A stretch of 64,000 bases of DNA from Macrostomum lignano (lineage: Eukaryota): NCBI GenBank assembly GCA_002269645.1, contig NIVC01000994.1, positions 62,001-126,000 on the forward strand, in the 5' to 3' direction. The notes beneath the pieces were generated by a model that saw only the letters and a program-made list of their open reading frames with translations, made no database searches and was not told the origin of the DNA. The position numbers and the translations under genes are program-made. The first letter of the stretch is position 1. The number at the start of each line of letters is the position of its first letter. This document shows positions 48,295-64,000 of the stretch, one piece after another.

Positions 48295-50181
48295 ATATTT
48301 TATATATTATATTTTAGAAAATGCTTTGCTTAGAAACTTAATCAATCACAGCGTGTATGTAGCGAACAAATTGCTTTCGAAAAAAATGCAAAAATATCAG
48401 TTTCACTGCTTCATTGATTTTGCCAAAGCTTCAGTTGAAGGCTGGGTTGAAGCAGAGCCTTCAGATTCTTAGAAGGAACGATTCGCATTGGCATTAAGCA
48501 TATTAAGCATATTCTGTAGTACATGTAAACTAAAGTGAATGCACATTTCGTTGACATATACAGTGATGCACAGAGGTTGCACAGTGACCCTGACTTTCAC
48601 AGCGCCCGACATTTTACAGGCGTAATACCGCTGAGCTGATCAGCCCTTGTGGTATCCATCTTTCTCTTAATTTGAAAAGCCTAAATGCAGCTGTTTATGC
48701 TTGTATACGAGTATAATAGTCTTTACTGTAATTTTTTGTCTCCTCAGTGCTCACTATAGCTAAGAACTTTCCCACCTGACCAGGTCCACCGACGGCACCA
48801 ACTGGACTTGACGTGCAGCCCCTAGCTGGCTCCGTTCAAAACCAACCCGGCTGCCTTGTTACCTGGCGACAGCCTCATTCCGGATGGCGGGCTCCATCCG
48901 CTTATCGAATCGTCTGGAGTCCCAGGCTGGACGACTCGGTAATTCCGGATGTCTCCGGCGCCTCGCCGCTGCAGCCGCGCATCGATCCGGAGCGGGCGAG
49001 AACAAGAGTGGTTGACAAGGTAAACTACCTTTCGGAAACTACGTTACATTACATTTATTCCTTGAGGGTTCTCTCACAGCTTGGGCAGAGTTCGAACACA
49101 ATTCAACATAAATTCATATTTTTCAGACAGTCACACGCCTGACAATACGGCCGCTCAACAGGGCGACTCTTTATATTGTGAAGGTCCGCAGCCTCGCATT
49201 CCAAGCCAACGGCAATGTGCTCGCTAGCAACGATGTCACGCAGCTCTGCGCTACCGACGGCTTTCTCAGCCTGAAAAGTTCGGGCAGCGCTGCGGCGGCC
49301 ATCCAGCACAGGACGGCATTTAACGGTGAGCCAACAGTTCACAGCGATGCTTCAGCCAGCGTCAGCCACTAGCTCACAGCAGACTGTCAGACATCATCTC
49401 ACAGCAAACTGTCAGACACTAGCTCACAGCAGACTGTCAGCTACTAGCTCACAGCAAACTGTCAGACACTAGCTCACAGCAGACTGTCAGACATCATCTC
49501 ACAGCAAACTGTCAGACACTAGCTCACAGCAAACTGTCAGACACTAGCTCACAGCAAACTGTCAGACACTAGCTCACAGCAAACTGTCAGACACTAGCTC
49601 ACAGCAAACTATCAGCCACTAGCTCACAGCAGACTGTCAGACATCATCTCACAGCAAACTGTCAGACACTAGCTCACAGCAGACTGTCAGCTACTAGCTC
49701 ACAGCAAACTGTCAGACACTAGCTCACAGCAGACTGTCAGACATCATCTCACAGCAAACTGTCAGACACTAGCTCACAGCAGACTGTCAGACACTAGCTC
49801 ACAGCAAACTGTCAGACACTAGCTCACAGCAAACTGTCAGACACTAGCTCACAGCAAACTATCAGCCACTAGCTCACAGCAAACTGTCAGACACTAGATC
49901 ACAGCAAACTGTCAGACACTAGCTCACAGCAAACTGTCAGCCACTAGCTCACAGCAAACTATCAGACACTAGCTCACAGAAAACTGTCAGACACCATCTC
50001 ACAGCAGACTGTCAGACACCATGCTACTCAGAATAATTCCGAAAAATCCAAAATTTCAGGCGACTACTCACAGTTCTTGGCAGCGGGCCAGAGTCCAGTA
50101 CTAAATATCGGATCCGACTTAATAAAACAATTATGTATGTTGTTTCTTTGCGCCACAACTTTGCTAGTATTGTTGCGTTAG
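38878..50181 (+). CDS. ANOS1: Anosmin-1/KAL-1-like secreted protein: signal peptide, Cys-rich region, four FN3 repeats, hydrophobic tail; ~680 aa, 10 exons
   Basis: Exons 38878-39066, 43888-43953 (tentative), 45188-45718, 46123-46206, 46313-46369, 46973-47329, 47579-47780, 48784-49019, 49127-49325 and 50060-50181 (tentative); GT-AG with consistent phases, total 2043 nt. Anosmin-like motifs: LQARVAAACL, GCLGSC, RYQFRAATVSPDGSRGFGKPS, LGGLEFNCHYWARL, FVTPADC...GC. Confidence 0.75.
39170..39300 (-). mobile_element. SINE family B body fragment
   Basis: GTGTGCAGCAGCCGTGACTTT...GGCATGTACACTCTGTGCCTTAGGGGTTGGCC is homologous to 27980-28050 and 58300-58370. Confidence 0.55.
40305..41360. repeat. 35-bp intronic minisatellite (GAAGACACAAGAGAACTCGGCAGTGCAGTGTCCTG)n
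   Basis: About 30 tandem units. Confidence 0.95.
44185..44890 (+). mobile_element. tRNA-derived CORE-SINE interrupted by a hAT MITE
   Basis: A-box-like GTAGCCCAGTGGTTAGAG, B-box-like GTTCGATTC, then TGTGTCATTGAGCAAGACACTTAACTC...CAGCTGTAAAATGGG, which resembles the MIR CORE domain; second copy at 58105-58249. Confidence 0.75.
44210..44630 (+). mobile_element. Complete hAT (Charlie-like) MITE, 421 bp, 8-bp TSD
   Basis: TIRs CAGAGGTTGGAGAACT / AGTTTGCCGACCTCTG; flanks GGTTAGAG (44202-44209) and GGTCAGAG (44631-44638); internal CT-rich tract. Confidence 0.85.
45716..45856 (+). repeat. 15-bp repeat (CAGGTAGGTTGCTTA)n overlapping a splice donor
   Basis: Nine units start at the donor of the FN3 exon. 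Confidence 0.95.
46790..46915 (+). mobile_element. SINE family B body fragment (opposite orientation)
   Basis: TTAGAAAGTCAGGGCCGCTGTACACCCTG...GTGCTCAGG...GCAGAATG is the reverse complement of 58260-58325. Confidence 0.6.
47805..48295. repeat. (TTAG)n microsatellite with TCAG/TTAA variants
   Basis: ~490-bp run. Confidence 0.97.
49365..50020. repeat. 25-bp intronic minisatellite (ACTAGCTCACAGCAAACTGTCAGAC)n
   Basis: Tandem units in the last intron of the anosmin-like gene. Confidence 0.95.
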
Positions 50182-52739
50182 CTTTACAGTGTACATGTTC
50201 CTTTTTTAATGATGCTTTTACAGACTAAAACAGCAAACATCGAATTTTGAGTGCACAGTCTCTGCTGCCATTCGTACAATCTGTACTGCAATCTTAACAC
50301 ATTTAAAAATACACATCATTCTGATTCGCATGCAATTCTTCAAAACGATTACGGTATTGCTGTATATGTACGCTTAAGTATCAGTAAGTCAGTCGAATGT
50401 TACCGCAGATCAATTGATTTAAAAAAACAACGGATGTCATACTTTTACTATCAAATCGGGTGTAGCTGTGGTATACTTACAGCTTCAGATAATTGCAGTA
50501 GATTATATCACTGCAGTTAAATGCATATGCATGTCTATATACATGTATTGTAGTTGTGCTTAAGCTCATCAGTAAATCAAATACATGGATTTAGTTAACT
50601 AGTTCCCTGTTTACGCCGTCTACATGCAGCTAATCAGTGAACATATACTCGTAGCTACAGATAAGGTCTTCGTGTCAGAGCTGACATGTGAGTTGACACA
50701 TGCTACACATTTTGGTAGAGACAGTTTAAATCTAACCGGCGTAAAACACACGAGACAATAACATGTATTGGCTGAAATTTATAGCTATAACTAATACACA
50801 GTCAATGCAATCCCAAAACCTAAAACCCAGTTGAGACAAACTCAGACAAGGAACCACTGAAGTAACGCTGTCGCTAAGTGTACATGTATCATCGAACGAG
50901 AGTTTGAATGAATCAAAGTCATGCCCTTGACCTGAAGAAGAGAGAAAGGACGCAAAACGAAGGGGCAGCCAGTCAGTTTATTAGCAGAGGAGAGGTTAAA
51001 GAATAATGATAAGTGCCAAAAAGAGCAAAGTGTAGTGTGAGCATCTTTTGCGATAGCCTTGTATTCTATTAGTTAGGTTTTGCATTATTGTTATTGAATT
51101 ATTATTTTGCTTTAGTTTAGTCATACGTTTTTGGTGTACTTTTTCCTTGTTAGTTAGAATCAATTTTGCGTAAACAGGTTAGAGTTAGACGCCAATTTTG
51201 TGACTCAGCGGAGGGTTGAGTTTTTGTCTGCGAACCCCAGCTTTGCGCGGCCAGCCAACCAGAACCGGCCTGGACCCTGGCACGCGGCAAGTTTCAATTC
51301 TACCCGGCGCCGCGGGCACAATACAATTCGGCTTAAGCAAGCGGCCGGCCAGACGACCACCACCCGGCTTGAGGGGGTTTTGAGTGGTTGTGACTCTGAC
51401 TATATATGAAAGTGTGTTTGGCAATCGGATCTCGCCCTTCTCTCCTCGCCTTCAATTCTCTTTCCTGCTCCGTCCCCGGTTTTGATTGTGTTCCAGCTTC
51501 CCGGCCGGTGGCCTGTTTCCCTTTGGTTCGCGCTGTGAGGCGTTTTGATTTCGTCACCCCGGTCCATACTTTGTTCCCCGCCCAACCGCTTCAGTCTTGT
51601 AGCGTAACGTCTACGGCAAATTTCTGTCTGAAGTCGTCGCTATCAAGCGCGGTTAGATAGAGACTGTCGGATCTGATCAAGTACGCGGCCTCGACCCCGA
51701 GGGCCTCAGTGTCACACTGAAGGGCAGTGCCGATAGAATTTAGTCGGTACTCCGTTGAACGGTCGGTTCGGCAGGGCTCTCGTTTGAGAGTAGGTTCTGG
51801 TTTAGGCCAGGGGTTAGGAGTTTTCTCCGTGGTCGTGTCCGGTTTTCTTCTTCTTCTCAGCTGAGATCTGCTTGCCAGTTGCGTAATCTAATTATTATTA
51901 TTAACCGTTATTGTCGTTTTGTCAACTCTAGTTATCTGCGCCGCTTGAATTTGAATCTTGTAACTTGAAGTAACCAAATTAAATCGTCTAGCCAATTATC
52001 AGTTTGTATCATAGGATCATCACTCTCTAAATCTTTCGGTTCGTGTTCCCTCTTGTTCTTTCTTTTCTTGTACTGTACCTGCGGCTATTGGAGAAAGACT
52101 GGTAGGACTCGCCGACCGGCTATAGGCGATTAGGATTAATAGCTTTAAAATCTCCAAACGCTCCAAGTAGGTTTGTCTAGGGCCTAAATAATTGCTCACC
52201 GTGCATGCTATTTATCTAATTGCCTTTTTTTATCACAAAAGGTAGAGAGAATACGCAATTGACATGAAGTGCGTCTGATTGATGCGACAGTTTGGAAAAG
52301 ACCTATTGGGTACTCAAAATTAATAAAAAAGAATTAACTTCTAATCGGAATCTAATTAATGTCATAGAAAAGCTTTTACTCAAGTAAAAGCACTCGCTTT
52401 AAGAGACCTCATATAGTTTTGATATATTGCTATTTTCTTTGAAGTTTACTAATTTCAAAGGCATCCCAGCATTTGAATTTTTAGAATTACTACCTCTAAA
52501 AATATTTATAATATAATAAGTTTTTTGTAACTCTGTCATTTGAAAAGAAGAGTTAAAATTTTAATTTCTTTTAGCTTATGATACCATTTCATTTTTTAGT
52601 AGTAGATTTGAAATTTCGAAAACCAAAAACCAAAACTAAATGTATGCGTATGGCATGCCTAAGCTGAAAATAGTTCTGGACCTAGTCCTGGAAGTCAGAT
52701 GTCACATACACGTGACTCCATGTCAAATTGTCAAACATT

Positions 52740-53330
52740 AAAGAGCCACCATGTAAAAATTAAAGAGCTATCATGTCAAACACAAAAGAACCACCATGTC
52801 AAACATATAAGAGACACCATGTCAAACATTAAAGAGCCACCATTTCTAACATAAAGAGACACTGTTTCAAACATAAAAAGAAGTGTTATGCCAAACAAAA
52901 TGGAGCCACTATAAAGCTAAGGAAATTTTTGCACTAGCTACTTGTTGTATCTATCAGGTTATGCTTGCTATCTGGGGTTGCTTGCAGTCTGGGGGATGCT
53001 TGCTATCTGGGATGCTTGCTATCTAGGGGATGCTTGCTATCTAGGGGATGCTTGCTATCTAGGGGATGCTTGCTATCTAGGGGATGCTTGCTATCTAGGG
53101 GATGCTTGCTATCTAGGGGATGCTTGCTATCTAGGGGATGCTTGCTATCAAGGGGATGCTTGCTATCTAGGGGATGCTTTCTATCTAGAGTTGCTTGCTA
53201 TTGGTTGGGGGATGCTTGAACTATCTGGGGGATGCTTGCAGTCTTGGGGATGCTTGTAGTCTTGGGGATGCTTGCTATTTGGGGATCAATGCTTGAATGC
53301 TCTCTGGAGATGCTTGCTGTCTTGGGATAT
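52740..53330. repeat. Two adjacent minisatellites: ~23-bp (CATGTCAAACATTAAAGAGCCAC) and 18-bp (GCTATCTAGGGGATGCTT)
   Basis: Degenerate 23-mers at 52740-52910; 18-mers at 52965-53330. Confidence 0.85.
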
Positions 53331-54489
53331 TTTGTTTTTAGAGGAAATGTCTGTTGTTTTTTATGAAGGCTTTATTTTGCTGTCTATTTGTTATTTGTTA
53401 AGAACAAGGATTCTATCTAGATGTCCCCCATTGGGGGGCAAAGATTGCTAGTAGCCCCCCCCCCCTACTAAATAACATTAAATCTATGCAATTAGATAAC
53501 TTTACTATAAGTCTATGCATTTGTATTAAAAAAAACCAACTAATGAATACATTTAAACAATGATTGCCAAAAATGTTTCTGCAACTTTAGGTTCAACACC
53601 TCAAAGGTCTCAAAGTAACTTTACTTGATATAACTTTCTTTTAATATTTGTTTTACTGCAAAAATTAACAATATAATATAAAATATTAAGTTTCTGTTTT
53701 TTAGTACACTTTTTATTTCAAAAGTTTTTTATATTTGAATTTGTTTAGGTTTCTTGATTTTTTCATATTTAGAAGCATATTTGGAAATATTTAGAAAATA
53801 AAATTTCCAAATCTGAAACATTTGTATTTCTAAAAAAACAAAGATATTTTTTGGAATATTCAGATCTATCACTAATTAGAACTAAAAAAATCTGATTAGA
53901 TATAAGCTTATTCTGTTATTATATTACAAATATAATATTACAATATAAGTATATTACAAATTATTATTGATAAATAAATTTTGTTATACCATTAGATTTG
54001 ATAGAAATGCCTATTTATTTTAAGATTAGACATAAATAGACCCAATTTTAAGTAATCATTTAATTGAGCTCAAAATATATAAAGGCAATCAATTTTTGCT
54101 CTAATTGCATCTTCTTTTATTTATTTTGAACTTTCTTTTAATAAAACAAATTTTATTAACCTTTAGATCTAAAAACTGTTGATTCTGAAGGCACAGACAC
54201 TATAACACCAATTTTGATGTAGCCTATAGCTAACTCGGTAATTTCTTAAGTGCTCCAGTTGAGCAGCTCTCACTATCACATTTATTTATTGTAGCCTTAG
54301 AACAAGGCACCGCTCATTCAAGTTGTACTGTAGTGCTAGTGGCGATCATGCCATAGATAAAAGTCTCTATCAAATTAATACATCTAACAAAAACCATGGT
54401 GCATAGTGTATTAAGACCATGGTGCTTCTACTCCATTGACTAGAACAAGATGACTAGCACTAATAAAACTTTTTTTGCCACAACTGTGT

Positions 54490-55480
54490 CTCCAGAGGCA
54501 GTGACCTAGCAGTATCTAGTGGCACTAGTGCAAGGTGACACTAGTCTAGAACATTGGTGCAGGCCATCAGGTCTCTGGATGTCAGCCTCTTGGGGTAGTG
54601 TGCACCCAGGGTATAGTGCAGCAGTGACCTGTAGAGTGCATCTAGGGCTTGCTCTTCTGTGTCAGTCATTGGTGCCACTTCCATGTCATACAGGAGGATT
54701 GGCTCCATGACCACGCTGAAGAGGCGCACATTCAGGCTGTCCCTCGTAGGCGGGTTGAAGACGTTTCTGAGCAGGTGCACCGCGTGCCAGGCCTGATTCC
54801 TACTGTTGAAGACAAAATGGAGTCTAGCTTTGTTGCTAGCAATCCGAAATAGCGGAAGTCCTCGCACACATGGCGATGGCATCTCCTTTGGGCAGCACAA
54901 GTGTTAAACCAGTGTCAGTGCCCACGTCCACGTGAATCACCTCTAGCTTGCGCGCATTGACCACCAGCCCCACCCATATTCAGGAAAGAGTGGAGCATTT
55001 GGCAGTATTTGGGTCACATCAAAGGAGCACGATTTCATCGGCATATGCGAGAGCAGGCAGCAGAACAGTAGGGTGTGTGTGTGTGTGTGTGTGTATGTAA
55101 CTGTCGCTCAGTCTGTTGAGTCGCAGAGATGGAGGAAGCTGGCGGCCTCCACGTGTAGCAGAACAAATGCGTGGTATTGTGTGGAGCAGCCCCGCAGGCC
55201 GGAAAAATGTCCTGGATCGAGGGGTCCAGACAGTGCTGGTAGCTGGCAAGGAGCATCGCCCTCTTCAAGGGAGCGGCGCAAATGCGCGACCATAATGAAG
55301 AGCAGGGGAGCCAGCGTCTCACCCGGCAGGACGCCGGAGGTTGTGCTGAACTCCTCGGTGAGGCCGTCCCTCGTCTGGACAAGCGCCCTGGCTGGAGTCG
55401 CTGTAAAGTCCATCATTAGTATATAGTTTAGCCATAAACTATCCATGTGCACCAGGAGAGAAAAAATCCATGATTCAAGA
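54490..55480 (-). mobile_element. Decayed non-LTR retrotransposon (RTE/RTE-X-like) reverse transcriptase 3' fragment
   Basis: Frameshifted pieces: LVQTRDGLTEEFSTTSGVLPGETLAPLLFI, LAYADEIVLL (YADD), and QAWHAVHLLRNVF...VRLFSVVMEPILLY...ALDALYRSLL; internal (TG)n at 55073-55097. Confidence 0.8.
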
Positions 55481-55627
55481 AACCTATGAAGAGGCAAATG
55501 CTTAAAATGATAGAAAAGAGTATCCAGTATTGGCTAAAAAAGAATTTTGATGCCATGTTGGTTGATTTTATTAAAAAATATTTGGATCAGCAGATTAAAA
55601 ATTTTAAAGCTCTAACTAACAGATTAG

Positions 55628-63220
<7,593 letters not shown>

Positions 63221-63354
63221 ACTGAGTGCCGAATAAATTTTGCGACAATACACCGATGGTAGCTGGTAGCAAAATCCTTTGTCTCTTATCCAGTAGTAAA
63301 TGTCTAGCAGGCTTCTGTTTTATCGTTTTGATTCCCGTAAATTTATTCATACAA

Positions 63355-63965
63355 CACGGGCCGGCAAACTCTACGTGCGGCACGCGAAGCCTCTCTATCC
63401 GGCCCTCGGGTCCGTTGAAACTTCACAATAGCAATGCGGCCCGCTCAGGGCTTGCGTCTCTTCTCAACCCTCTCTTCTCTCTCCCCTCTACTCACTTTTT
63501 TCTCCTCTCCCCATCTTCTTCCCTCTCTCCTTCCATTTACTCTCATCTTCTCTCCTTTGACCTCTCAATTCATCTCATCCCATCTTCTCTCATCTCTCTA
63601 GCGCCTTCTTCTGCCCCCTCCTCTCTTCTTTGCTCTCTAGCCTCTCATCTCTCCTCTCCTCTGTCTCTAGCCTCTCCTCTCTCCGCTCTTTTCTCTCTAG
63701 CCTCTCCCCTCTCCACTCCTCTGTCTCTAGCCTCTCCTCTCTCCGCTCTTTTCTCTCTAGCCTCTCCTCTCTCCGCTCTTTTCTCTCTAGCCTCTCCTCT
63801 CTCCGCTCTTTTCTCTCTAGCCTCTCCTCTCTCCTCTCCTCTTTTCTCCCAAGCATTCTCCCTCTCCTCTCTCTCTAGCCTCTCCCCTCTCCTCTTCTCT
63901 AGCCTCTCCTCTCTCCGCTCTTCTCTGTCATCTGGCCATTGAGTTAAAAAGTTTGCCAACCTATG
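63355..63965 (+). mobile_element. hAT-type MITE with expanded internal CT-rich repeat
   Basis: Termini CACGGGCCGGCAAACT / AGTTTGCCAACCTATG; CCGGCCCTCGGGTCCGTTGAAACTTCACAATAGCAAT shared with the 44210 copy; TSD not clear. Confidence 0.75.
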
Positions 63966-64000
63966 ATTTACTAGCGAGTAGCGAGAAAAGAATTGGAAGG

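Overview
Eukaryotic (animal) genomic DNA: GC-rich exons are separated by introns and spacers full of locus-specific minisatellites. This style suggests a free-living flatworm such as Macrostomum, which is an inference and not proven. No prokaryotic features, rRNA, intact tRNA or CRISPR were found. By manual splicing I can support these genes: the 3' end of an unknown acidic gene; a 3-exon MATE/SLC47 transporter; a heparan sulfate 3-O-sulfotransferase; an intronless PAM2-motif protein; a minus-strand trio (ZMYND15/MSS51-like, a coiled-coil protein, CAAP1); an SLC35D nucleotide-sugar transporter; a 10-exon anosmin/KAL-1-like gene; and a 6-exon UCKL1 with a 1-nt frameshift. Mobile DNA comprises a 3089-bp CCC...GGG TIR element with a 2-bp TSD, hAT-type MITEs (one inserted into a CORE-SINE), tRNA-derived SINEs, a decayed Merlin transposase and an RTE-like LINE relic. 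Best leads: (1) a candidate trans-spliced operon in which one gene appears to lack its own start codon; (2) three heparan-sulfate-linked genes within 35 kb; (3) an anosmin lacking the WAP domain and possibly GPI-anchored; (4) sharply bounded CpG deserts. Most long ORFs in the supplied track are artefacts of translating satellite DNA.
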